From sequence record PV158447.1: DNA of 40,000 nucleotides, one strand, 5' to 3'. Of the stretch, positions 1-8,524 are shown one piece after another. How positions within the stretch are numbered: the first letter of the stretch is position 1; every line of letters begins with the position of its first letter. Under the pieces are notes generated by a model. The model did no database searches, was not told where the DNA came from, and saw only the letters and a list, made by a program, of their open reading frames with translations. The translations under genes and the position numbers were made by a program. This DNA comes from Aeromonas phage AhC3_1.

Positions 1-607
1 CCTAAGGAGCGAGAGTGAGTTTCAAAGGTACAACTACGCTTCCCACTGTAATCTAACCCGAGTAGACTCCTGGCCAAGGAGAATCTTCAAAGTTTGATTA
101 CAGTAGGCTGAGCAGTTAATCTACACAACTTCCCGACGTGTCGATCGGGCGGACTGTTTGACTGGACTTAAACTGGACACCCTCCTCAGAGGCAGTAATA
201 AGTTAGTCACCGGGAACGAATCCCGTCTTGCATAACACAGTTAGATCATGCAAGTATTTGATCACCATTCTCCGGGGAAAACTCGGAGGCGTGGGTGAGT
301 AAGAGGATCCAGGGACAGGTCGATGTCTTTATCACTGTAGTGATAAATTGAACACGGTTGCTTATATTCCATTACAACGATGGCAGCTAGCGATTGTGTA
401 TTTTGGTAACGACATTTTGACAGTTGTTTGGATCCAATGAGTTTTCTTCCTGAAGCGAGGTCCCCACTCCAACCTACCACGAAAACATCAGTTAACGAAG
501 TAAATTGTCTCCAGGAAGAAAAGGGGAGAGTGTTCTTGGAATCGAACCAAGGCAATCCCTCAGATGTGGCGAGGGCGACTTTCCAATCGTCTTTAACACT
601 CTTTGTT

Positions 608-693
608 TGGTGCGGGATCCCGGAATCGAACCGGGATGACCGAAGTCGAGGGATTTTAAATCCCTTGTGTCTAACCAATTTCACCAATCCCGC
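608..693 (-). tRNA. tRNA-Leu, anticodon TAA, with encoded CCA
   Basis: Reverse complement reads GCGGGAT...GGTGAAATTGGTTAGACAC...AGGGA-TTTAAAA-TCCCT...CCCGGTTCGATTCCGGG-ATCCCGC-A-CCA. 7-bp acceptor stem, canonical T-arm, 5-bp anticodon stem with loop TTTAAAA (anticodon TAA), long variable region, discriminator A and CCA. Confidence 0.93.
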
Positions 694-727
694 TGATGCC
701 GTCCCGTAGAACGGCGGTGCTGGGTTT

Positions 728-976
728 TCAGCCAGCGTTGAAAGACACGCAGATCACCCCGGCAGGAATGCCTCCAGCAGAGCGACCAATTAGTGTGACT
801 ATGAGATCTTCAGGCAGAACTGGCCAAGAGTTTGATCCTCGGGCAGCGTCTTCGATATCATATCCGGCAGGATGCGTATATCTAGCAACCGATTCTGTCT
901 CAGCAATGATAACGAATGAATCGTACTCATCGTAGTCCACACTATCTGTTCTTTCAACTTTATAGATGTTCATCAT
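728..976 (-). CDS. small hypothetical phage protein (82 aa)
   Basis: ORF with upstream AGGA about 10 nt from ATG on the minus strand; same strand as the tRNA; protein-like composition (YDEYDSFVIIAETESVARYTHPAG). Confidence 0.65.
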   Translation of the reverse strand: MMNIYKVERTDSVDYDEYDSFVIIAETESVARYTHPAGYDIEDAARGSNSWPVLPEDLIVTLIGRSAGGIPAGVICVSFNAG

Positions 977-1001
977 TTCAACAGTTCCTATTGTCGTCTA
1001 T

Positions 1002-1190
1002 TTAGTCGCAAAAGGACTTAGACTCTAGGAAGCATCTACTTTTAAACATCTTCATCCACGTCCCATGGGCGCGTGGGTACTCTACCGTCTCGGTAGTTGT
1101 TCCAGCTCTCACCAAGGCAACAGCATCGGTCTTGTGTAGTGTCGATCGGCCATATTGGCGGAAAACTACTAGGTGACCAAGGCGTGACAT
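1002..1190 (-). CDS. possible small hypothetical protein (62 aa)
   Basis: Minus-strand ORF only; no clear Shine-Dalgarno. Confidence 0.25.
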   Translation of the reverse strand: MSRLGHLVVFRQYGRSTLHKTDAVALVRAGTTTETVEYPRAHGTWMKMFKSRCFLESKSFCD

Positions 1191-1203
1191 GATGACAACT
1201 GTA

Positions 1204-1219
1204 CTGGGTCATGACCCAG
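1204..1219. repeat. perfect 16-bp palindrome CTGGGTCATGACCCAG
   Basis: Identical to its reverse complement; in the divergent non-coding region. Confidence 0.8.
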
Positions 1220-1329
1220 GTTAGGTGGGGTACTTTGAGGTATCGAAGAGCAAGATCCGTGAGAGGAATGCCCTAGACCTGAAACGGATCTCTTTGTGCA
1301 AGGAGAACATCTCAAAGTCCCCTAACTGT

Positions 1330-1362
1330 TAAACTGTTTGCTATAGAATAGCAAACAGTTTA
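1330..1362. terminator. 15-bp perfect inverted repeat with AGA loop, followed by TTTTT
   Basis: TAAACTGTTTGCTAT-AGA-ATAGCAAACAGTTTA then ATTTTT. Confidence 0.7.
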
Positions 1363-1363
1363 A

Positions 1364-1398
1364 TTTTTAATATCCACTTTTTAAATGGATATTAAAAA
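1364..1398. repeat. 13-bp perfect inverted repeat
   Basis: TTTTTAATATCCA-CTTTTTAAA-TGGATATTAAAAA. Confidence 0.75.
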
Positions 1399-1427
1399 TC
1401 GCTATCTCTAACAGAGTGAAATAGCGA
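1399..1427. repeat. 7-bp inverted repeat with nested CTCT/AGAG stem
   Basis: TCGCTAT-CTCT-AAC-AGAG-TGAA-ATAGCGA, directly abutting the previous hairpin. Confidence 0.6.
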
Positions 1428-1494
1428 AAGAAAAGAATCATGAAAAGAAAAACCTAGTGACAACAACGAAGAGTGCAAACTTGGAAACACAACC

Positions 1495-1672
1495 CTTCTT
1501 AATATACTCTCTACATTGAGAATTCATTAAGAAGAGCAGGAACGTGGGAGGAGTTCACGTTCCTTACTCTTTCACTATAAGAGGAGTCGAAGGAAATGGC
1601 TAACCTTCTTAATGAACACTCTGTTCAAATATCCATTAAGAAGTAGAGTGGTCTTGGGAGCCACCACTCTAC
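1495..1672 (+). other. tandem two-unit structured non-coding element
   Basis: Unit 1: CTTCTTAAT (1495-1503)/ATTAAGAAG (1526-1534) then hairpin AGGAACGTG/CACGTTCCT (1538-1564). Unit 2: CTTCTTAATG (1605-1614)/CATTAAGAAG (1634-1643) then hairpin GTAGAGTGGT/ACCACTCTAC (1643-1672). Confidence 0.55.
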
Positions 1673-1803
1673 TCGATTACGGTAAGGAGGTATTTAATGT
1701 GCAACTGAAGCGCAAGCCAAAGCGGAGCTATCACTTCCAGATGTTTACTTGTTAAAATAAACATGTGTGAAGTCAGTTCTTTTTTGAACATATAATAACA
1801 AGT

Positions 1804-1836
1804 TCCATATTTTTTCAAACCTATATTATCGACATG
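1804..1836 (+). promoter_or_regulatory. conserved 33-nt intergenic element, copy 1 (promoter candidate)
   Basis: TCCATATTTTTTCAAACCTATATTATCGACATG; aligns without gaps to seven other intergenic copies. Confidence 0.7.
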
Positions 1837-1869
1837 TACAATCTCGTACAGTTATTTAGGAACATCGTC

Positions 1870-2496
1870 ATGAACTTTGAAACAATAACTTTTCGAATCC
1901 AATCTGCGCTGATGAATCTCTTTAGCGAGATCGAAGTCGCTGAAATTGAAGTGGATCGTTCACTTCTAAAACATTGGGCTGTCGCTGACTTTTCGGATCA
2001 CGATCTGAAGGGTTTGGAATTCTTCTGTGACAACACTGAACGTTTTGTTATGTTCTACGTTGTTGACAAACAAACTGGTGAAACAAAGTTCAACCGCCCG
2101 AAAGCAGGAATCCTGGAAGAACTCATCCCCACCACCAAGTTCTCAGACTTTCACTTCGAACTGACCAACAAACCAACCTCCCCTAATGATGTCATGGGTA
2201 AGTTTCTCACAGTCGCGATCAACAATGCTGTTGGTAAACAGTTTCATCAAATGATGAAAGACAAGGCGGAAGAACTTGGTATTCTTCCTGGTGCGTTTGA
2301 ATATGCGGTCTCCTGGAAAGTGCTGAACTCTGATCGTATCCGTATGTCTTACATGGCGAAGTTCGAACTTCATTTCAAACCCAAGGGAATGAAACGAGAG
2401 TGTTATGTCGGTCACTACCTTGACGGACAGATCATGTCCATGTGTGTGAAAGAGACTTGTAAAACTGTTGACTTTAACGATTTGTTCAAGGAGTAA
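1870..2496 (+). CDS. hypothetical protein (208 aa)
   Basis: ORF; ATG at 1870 preceded by AGGA is preferred over the 1834 start, which falls in the conserved element. Confidence 0.85.
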   Translation: MNFETITFRIQSALMNLFSEIEVAEIEVDRSLLKHWAVADFSDHDLKGLEFFCDNTERFVMFYVVDKQTGETKFNRPKAGILEELIPTTKFSDFHFELTNKPTSPNDVMGKFLTVAINNAVGKQFHQMMKDKAEELGILPGAFEYAVSWKVLNSDRIRMSYMAKFELHFKPKGMKRECYVGHYLDGQIMSMCVKETCKTVDFNDLFKE

Positions 2497-2501
2497 TAGG
2501 A

Positions 2502-3176
2502 ATGGAAATTTACAACGCGTATATCACTCTGTTGACAATGAAGAATAACTGGCGGATTCTGAATGAGGAAGCGTTGGAACTTCAGAAGAAACGTTTTGTT
2601 CCTGGTTTGAGTTATCAGTCAATGGGCGCTTCTACGTTATCTGATTTGGTTTTTGCGTTTGCCATCAATCCTGATACCAAGAAATGGGCCTTCGTACTGA
2701 AGTTTGAAGGGGAGGAATTCTGGGCCCCTGCCGGAACGGGGCAGTACATCTTCAACAACGGAGTAATTGATAAGATCATTACTGCTTGGTGGAAAGTGTA
2801 TGGTCCCGAATTTAATCAGAGTGTCCAAGGACTGGTAGACAAGGTTTGGGGGTCTCCTGAGATCGACAATCATTTTAATTGGGAGTTTTCTATTCCTGAA
2901 CGGATACGTGGTTTAGAACGAACTTTCACCCATACTCTTGAAGGGATTTCCATCTCTTTTATCGGAAAAGAGGATATGCGGGGTCGTTATACTGGTAGAC
3001 TTTTGGTATCTTACGACACCAGGAATTACTCCAGGGTGTTGCGTAAGGTGATGATTGTCGGTCCTGAGATTGTCACCATGGATCTGGAATATCTTTCCTT
3101 TAAAGAGTTTCCTGCAACTGTAAAGGTCCTTCTGAGAGACGCTATTCTCAAGTGGATCAATATCACCAAACTGTAA
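2502..3176 (+). CDS. hypothetical protein (224 aa)
   Basis: ORF, tightly linked downstream; AAGGAG-like RBS region. Confidence 0.88.
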   Translation: MEIYNAYITLLTMKNNWRILNEEALELQKKRFVPGLSYQSMGASTLSDLVFAFAINPDTKKWAFVLKFEGEEFWAPAGTGQYIFNNGVIDKIITAWWKVYGPEFNQSVQGLVDKVWGSPEIDNHFNWEFSIPERIRGLERTFTHTLEGISISFIGKEDMRGRYTGRLLVSYDTRNYSRVLRKVMIVGPEIVTMDLEYLSFKEFPATVKVLLRDAILKWINITKL

Positions 3177-3203
3177 ATCAACAATACCTAAAGGAGTTTT
3201 GTA

Positions 3204-3941
3204 ATGAACTTTTACGCCATCTTCCAAGGTTGGTTCTCTAACATTCTTATCAACTTCTTGGTTACTAACTGGAAGGCAGTGAACAACATCGTTGTTTCTG
3301 CCATCAAATCAGCTAACCAGGTCGAGGGGGAACCTAAAAGGATTTCTCTTTTAGAGGTTCTGGGAACTGAACTACTTGTTCATTGGAACGGTGCCTACTG
3401 GGAAATTGAAATCTTGGGGCTGATCTCCGGAACAAGTTCCCATTCCACTTCCATCTACACCATCAAAGAAAGGTTAACTAATGGTGTCTGGGCTTACAAC
3501 AGTAAAGTAGCTAACCGGATCGAAGAAAAATGGAAGCTGAATGGTTACTACGGTAAAGGTATTAAAGAGACAGTAATCGAGGCTGTTTGTTCCAGGGTTT
3601 GGTTAAGTGGCCTGAAGGACTTCACTATTCTCGATCGTATTACTGGGAAAGAGAAGGACTTAACCCTCATCCCTACCACACCTGAGCACAAAGAGGATGA
3701 AAAGATCAAAGACCGTGTTGTTAACGAATACTTCACTGTCAAGGGCAAAATGCGTTCCTCTCTCTTTGGAAGTCACACCGGGATTCTGTTCGTTTCTATC
3801 AATACGAGTTCGGTATCCGGGATGTTGTCTGAGTTGTTCCTTGATGAACTGCGAGGCTCTACATTAACTCCTTCTAAAACAAAAGCTGATAGCCTGGCAA
3901 TCGATATCAAGAACACGCTGGAAAAACTGTTGACAATGTAA
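3204..3941 (+). CDS. hypothetical protein (245 aa)
   Basis: ORF with AAGGAG upstream of ATG. Confidence 0.88.
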   Translation: MNFYAIFQGWFSNILINFLVTNWKAVNNIVVSAIKSANQVEGEPKRISLLEVLGTELLVHWNGAYWEIEILGLISGTSSHSTSIYTIKERLTNGVWAYNSKVANRIEEKWKLNGYYGKGIKETVIEAVCSRVWLSGLKDFTILDRITGKEKDLTLIPTTPEHKEDEKIKDRVVNEYFTVKGKMRSSLFGSHTGILFVSINTSSVSGMLSELFLDELRGSTLTPSKTKADSLAIDIKNTLEKLLTM

Positions 3942-3947
3942 TCCTCT

Positions 3948-3973
3948 CCAGGAGTTCCTTCGGGGACTCCTGG
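3948..3973 (+). terminator. rho-independent-like terminator
   Basis: CCAGGAGTTCC-TTCG-GGGACTCCTGG followed by TCTCTTTGTTTGTTT. Confidence 0.85.
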
Positions 3974-4008
3974 TCTCTTTGTTTGTTTAATTTAGGAGCT
4001 CTGAAAAA

Positions 4009-4737
4009 ATGAATAAGTTTACTTTGGACAATCCGTTCTTTTACCCTATCGATTCCAAAAAGGCCACGATCAGTACCTTTCTGGGACATATTGTTTCCCG
4101 GCACAAGGAGTTCACTGAGGACGTCGTTAATATCAATAAAGAAACTGGGTCCTCAAGCTGGACAGTTTACTTTGCTTCAGGTAATGGACTCCAGTTCAAA
4201 GTCCATAAGAACAGGATAGGTTTTTACAATCTCGTTATTGAAGACTCTGATCGACTCATCGTTGCTGAGCATGGTATCACTTCAGTGAACTTGGGTCACA
4301 GTACCAAACAGTTTAAATCGAGTCTGGAGAAATACAAGTCGACTCTGAACAGTCGTTTGTTTATTGATCGCAAAGCGCTCCGTAACGATCTCAGCGTGCA
4401 TTTTAACGAGAACAGCGTCTCTTTGTTCAATACACTACCTGGTTTCTGGGATAACGTTCTGAAACGTTCTAAAGTGACTGAGTTGAATGATCTCAACATC
4501 AATGATGCTTTCAACGTTTCTGTTAAAGTGACTAAGGTCACTAAGGAACTCTTTGAGGCTGTCGTCAGTATCAAACATACTCCTGGTTGGTTAACTAAAA
4601 CTTGGGGAGGTAAAACGTTCCCAGATGAAGATAAAGAATTGGTTCACACTTCCACAATTTTCCTTTCTTCGAAAGAAAGTCGTTTCCAACGTAACGAACG
4701 TATTCTTCACACTGTTTGTAACTTGATTATTCAATAA
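4009..4737 (+). CDS. hypothetical protein (242 aa)
   Basis: ORF preceded by TAGGAG. Confidence 0.87.
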   Translation: MNKFTLDNPFFYPIDSKKATISTFLGHIVSRHKEFTEDVVNINKETGSSSWTVYFASGNGLQFKVHKNRIGFYNLVIEDSDRLIVAEHGITSVNLGHSTKQFKSSLEKYKSTLNSRLFIDRKALRNDLSVHFNENSVSLFNTLPGFWDNVLKRSKVTELNDLNINDAFNVSVKVTKVTKELFEAVVSIKHTPGWLTKTWGGKTFPDEDKELVHTSTIFLSSKESRFQRNERILHTVCNLIIQ

Positions 4738-4999
4738 CTTGTTTTCTCAATCTGGTTTCTATTTTCTGATTCCGCATAGACCTATCTATCACTAGGAAGT
4801 AAACCACTGGGTGGAATGGGGTAGGGGGCTTTATGTGTTAACCAGTCCAGTTCAAACAAGTTGGAATATATTAAGCGTTATGAACGAAGTGAATAACATC
4901 CTATTATCTTTATCAGTGAGGTTGAAACTATCAGATAAAAAAGACTAAAAAAAGAACGAATGAATAAAAACCATTTAGAAATCACAAAGGAATAAGAGA

Positions 5000-5797
5000 A
5001 TGACTCATGATGATATTCGTAAATCAGCGGAGCTCTTTCTGGAAAATGCTAAGAGTGGGAACGCTCCTATAGGGGACTTATTGTATATCCTGAAAGCTCT
5101 GAAAGGGATTCGGGATAATTACGAAGCGTTTGTAACCGAATGCCAACGTTTAATTGAGAAAGGGGAAACTGTTATACGGATCGTGGAGAACTATACTAAC
5201 ACGATTAAGTTGGTAAAGGAATCTGAAGGTTGGTATGTCCGTACCAACCTCTACGCGCTTGATCTGGGAATCTATTCTGGATGTCGTGTTCATCACTCTG
5301 TTCAAGATTACGAAGTTCGTCGCTACTTCACTACTCTGATTCGTCGGGTAAGTGATCGGGTTTATCGTGGTAGTGAAACAGAGACCAACAATTACATCAA
5401 AGAAGAGCTCGGAAAAGGTCTCTTCGAGAAAGTGCCTAAAATACGCTATACCCGATTCCTTAAACAATTCGTACCGATGCACTGGGACGGTGTTGGAGAT
5501 CTCTCTAATCCGTTCCTGCTGGCTGTAGAGGGGACCGATACGAAGAACCGTGTTCGGGTAACGATTAAGTTTAATCCGAACAAAGCATTTACCTGGATGG
5601 ATCGACAAAGTGTTGTCAATAAACTCATGACGCTCGATCGCCGTAATGTAGAAGACGTATACTCCATTGATAACTTTGGAGTTACGTTTGAAGTGAGCGT
5701 CAATATAGGGTACGGCTTGGAAAGTGCTCTGAAAGATGCCATTGTGAATGAAGTCTTTTCCATGCTGAGTAAACTGGAAGAGCTGGGTAACTGGTAA
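5000..5797 (+). CDS. hypothetical protein (265 aa)
   Basis: Long ORF downstream of a non-coding region of about 260 nt; AAGGAAT upstream. Confidence 0.88.
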   Translation: MTHDDIRKSAELFLENAKSGNAPIGDLLYILKALKGIRDNYEAFVTECQRLIEKGETVIRIVENYTNTIKLVKESEGWYVRTNLYALDLGIYSGCRVHHSVQDYEVRRYFTTLIRRVSDRVYRGSETETNNYIKEELGKGLFEKVPKIRYTRFLKQFVPMHWDGVGDLSNPFLLAVEGTDTKNRVRVTIKFNPNKAFTWMDRQSVVNKLMTLDRRNVEDVYSIDNFGVTFEVSVNIGYGLESALKDAIVNEVFSMLSKLEELGNW

Positions 5798-5807
5798 TTG
5801 TAGACAA

Positions 5808-5841
5808 ATGCTTTCTACTCGGATTTCCGAGTAGAAAGCAT
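5808..5841 (+). repeat. 15-bp hairpin without T-tract
   Basis: ATGCTTTCTACTCGG-ATTT-CCGAGTAGAAAGCAT. Confidence 0.85.
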
Positions 5842-5859
5842 AATTACTTAGGAGTTAAA

Positions 5860-6369
5860 ATGAGAATTAATTTAGCAGCTTGTTGCATTCAGATCATCGC
5901 CCGTCGCTTCGAACAGATTCTGGCTGATCGTGGGAAATGTGGTTTAAACTTGAAACTTGATTTTAAAGCGTTTGATGATCATCGGGTCAAGGTGGAATTC
6001 TTCAGTGGTTCCAGTGGACATATTGTTCATTACGGTCTTTACGATCAATGTGGTATCCTGGAATACGGGCTCTCTGAGGAAGCGCATCTTTATACCGAAA
6101 GGACAATAAAAGATCTCTTGGATCATCTCTCCACAGAGTGGATGAAATACAAACTCGACTGTATGATCGAACTCGGGATTATTAAGAAACGATCTGGTGT
6201 GCTGTTTGAAATGGATACCGATCCTGTTTTAATCAAAATGCAAGATCTTTTTATCAACAAAGACCGTCTTTCGTTAAGTGAAGTTTGTTCCACCTGGGAA
6301 GGTCTCGGTCTCAATATTTCTTTTGAAGAAATGCTTGTTTTGGAAAATGATCTTCAACAATACAAATAA
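5860..6369 (+). CDS. hypothetical protein (169 aa)
   Basis: ORF preceded by TAGGAG. Confidence 0.87.
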   Translation: MRINLAACCIQIIARRFEQILADRGKCGLNLKLDFKAFDDHRVKVEFFSGSSGHIVHYGLYDQCGILEYGLSEEAHLYTERTIKDLLDHLSTEWMKYKLDCMIELGIIKKRSGVLFEMDTDPVLIKMQDLFINKDRLSLSEVCSTWEGLGLNISFEEMLVLENDLQQYK

Positions 6370-6383
6370 CTTGGGAGAATGAA

Positions 6384-6893
6384 ATGTTATCTATTAAATA
6401 CACTAAAGGTTTAGTGCCAAATCGTGCCGCTGTTTCTAATATGATGTCTGAGTTACGTTCTCGTAAAACTCCTGGTGACCGCTTCTATCGCTGGGAAGAT
6501 AATATGTCCTTTATCTACTTCCTGGGCTGGGGGGTTATTCTTACAATAACTCATAAGAAGCGTTCTGGTCAAAAGTACATGGACGTAACCTATCAGGTAG
6601 GAGATGGTTCTGATCTCTTCCTGATCTCGATTAAAGTGAACTCTTACCTGAGTAAACGAGATGTTATTCGTTTTATTGAACAGTCATTCTACCGTATTAT
6701 GTTTCAACGGTTAGTGTGGCAAGATAAACTCGTGCTCAATGGGAAGAAGATCTCTGAGTGGGAAGCGGAAGGTCTTAAGGATGTCTCTGATTCATTAGTT
6801 AGAGTAAGTCAGATCTCTTATGTCCACTCTACTTCTTTCCATCCTGCGATGAAAGTCAACGACGAGTGGCTTGAACCTGTTCATTTGGGGTAA
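6384..6893 (+). CDS. hypothetical protein (169 aa)
   Basis: ORF with GGGAG RBS. Confidence 0.87.
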   Translation: MLSIKYTKGLVPNRAAVSNMMSELRSRKTPGDRFYRWEDNMSFIYFLGWGVILTITHKKRSGQKYMDVTYQVGDGSDLFLISIKVNSYLSKRDVIRFIEQSFYRIMFQRLVWQDKLVLNGKKISEWEAEGLKDVSDSLVRVSQISYVHSTSFHPAMKVNDEWLEPVHLG

Positions 6894-6896
6894 TTT

Positions 6897-7199
6897 ATGA
6901 AACTTAAAGACATGACCTATTACGATTTCGTTCCACTGGACCTGTGTATGTTTATTCCTGGCAATGGTCGAGTGATAGAACGGATATCCCCTCCGGGGGA
7001 ACTCGCCCCTGTTACCATCATCGAATTTGATCCTGATGATAAATTTCCGGAAATATCCATGGAATACCCTGGTAGGATTACTGTTCATACGAAAACCGAT
7101 GGGAAGGAGGTTTATTGGATGGCCGCTATCAGTTATGGTCCTCCGGTGGATGACCGATTCCAAGTGATGGTGCTCGGTACTGGTCAAGTTGAAATGTAA
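6897..7199 (+). CDS. hypothetical protein (100 aa)
   Basis: ORF; TTGGGG-TAATTT upstream, tightly linked to the preceding gene. Confidence 0.8.
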   Translation: MKLKDMTYYDFVPLDLCMFIPGNGRVIERISPPGELAPVTIIEFDPDDKFPEISMEYPGRITVHTKTDGKEVYWMAAISYGPPVDDRFQVMVLGTGQVEM

Positions 7200-7205
7200 C
7201 TTCCC

Positions 7206-7233
7206 ACCTCCTAACCTCAATGGGTTAGGAGGT
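7206..7233 (+). terminator. rho-independent-like terminator
   Basis: ACCTCCTAACC-TCAATG-GGTTAGGAGGT followed by ATTTCTCTT. Confidence 0.8.
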
Positions 7234-7628
7234 ATTTCTCTTATGAGTATTTATTTTTTAGTAGTCGATACATATACTATGTAATTGTTTCACTTCTACT
7301 TTCGCTTTTAACTCATTTTCTTATCTATTTTCAAACTCTTTTCTTACTCACTTTTATGGTGATTGAGGAGGGGTTTGGGGTGGAGCAGAAGGTGGTCGTC
7401 AGGAGCAATTACCTAGTCAGTAAAGGCCGAGAGGCCAGTTTGATTAGTTATTAAAGGAAAAGTGATTAGGATAAGGAATAGAGGAATGAACGAAGTGAAT
7501 GACTTCCTTATTCCTAACTCACTTGACTGAAGAAAATCAGAGAAATGAATTAGAGAAGATTATTAACCTTATCTGGAGAGAGATCTCTGGGTAGGGTAGG
7601 GTCTATTATGTCCATCGTTAAATTGATC

Positions 7629-7661
7629 TCCATTTATTTTGAAATAGATATTATCTAAGGG
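7629..7661 (+). promoter_or_regulatory. conserved 33-nt intergenic element, copy 2
   Basis: TCCATTTATTTTGAAATAGATATTATCTAAGGG. Confidence 0.7.
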
Positions 7662-7791
7662 AATGGAAAAGTTAATGTAAACGTTTATATTTGATTTAAA
7701 GAGTTAAGGTAAGGAAAGTTACTGAGACTAGAGAAAGAATTGAATAGAGATCGATACAGAGCGTTTAAACAACATTTAGGAGAATAGAAAG

Positions 7792-8490
7792 ATGAGCTTT
7801 AAAGAGAACTTTACCACACTGGTAGGAATGTCCTGTAGTTTCTACTACCAAGATCAGTTTATTCCCCGTATCAACAAAATGATGGAAGAAGGGAGGAGTG
7901 AGATCGGTATTTTAAATTCCTTTATCTTCAATCATTTCAATTTGGTACGTCTGGAGAATGGTAACTACCAGATAGAAGCTTTTGTTCGAGATGAACACGT
8001 AAAGGACCTTCATGGAGAAAAAATCAAGGAATTTACCAGAGATCACTATCTGAAGTATTATCGCGCTGTTGAAAGGCATGTGGGGGTGGTTTCCAAAGAG
8101 AAGTTGGAAAGTGCTATTTGTGATGAACTCAACAACGATAATGCCGAATTCAAATTCAAGAAGAATTGGAGAAGGAAAGTTTTAGGTTGTGGGATTTCTA
8201 CTGTCGGGAGATTGACCTGGTGGTTTGATATTCGCTTGGTCCCTGATAATCAAACTGCTCATAATGGGACTAAGGTCGTATGGTCGATAGATGAGGCAGG
8301 AATGATCGATCGGTGGCACAAAGGTAACGTCATCGCCAGCTACATGGAAGACAACTGGCATCTTCCTGAGCAATCCATCGTTTTACAGAACGTAAAACTG
8401 TCAGATAAGAATGAGAACTACTACAAACAGGTTCTGAGTCGTGTATTGGCCAAAGAACTGATGAAACGTTTGAAAAGCCAGGTATTGTAA
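7792..8490 (+). CDS. hypothetical protein (232 aa)
   Basis: ORF; upstream GGAG. Confidence 0.87.
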   Translation: MSFKENFTTLVGMSCSFYYQDQFIPRINKMMEEGRSEIGILNSFIFNHFNLVRLENGNYQIEAFVRDEHVKDLHGEKIKEFTRDHYLKYYRAVERHVGVVSKEKLESAICDELNNDNAEFKFKKNWRRKVLGCGISTVGRLTWWFDIRLVPDNQTAHNGTKVVWSIDEAGMIDRWHKGNVIASYMEDNWHLPEQSIVLQNVKLSDKNENYYKQVLSRVLAKELMKRLKSQVL

Positions 8491-8524
8491 TAAATCCATT
8501 AACTTAGAAAAGAGGGAGCAAGAT

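Noticed and set aside
217-253. Hairpin CTTGCAT...ATGCAAG and nearby CGGGAACGAATCCCG considered as tRNA remnant
   Set aside because: T-arm-like sequence has a wrong loop, and no anticodon or D-arm could be assembled around it.
262-709. ORFs 262-687 (-) and 428-709 (+)
   Set aside because: Both read through the tRNA-Leu gene; no supporting RBS and mutually overlapping.
1001-1200. Possible additional tRNA in the minus-strand segment
   Set aside because: Some stem-like pairing (CTACCG/CGGTAG) but no T-loop TTCRA signature or acceptor stem.
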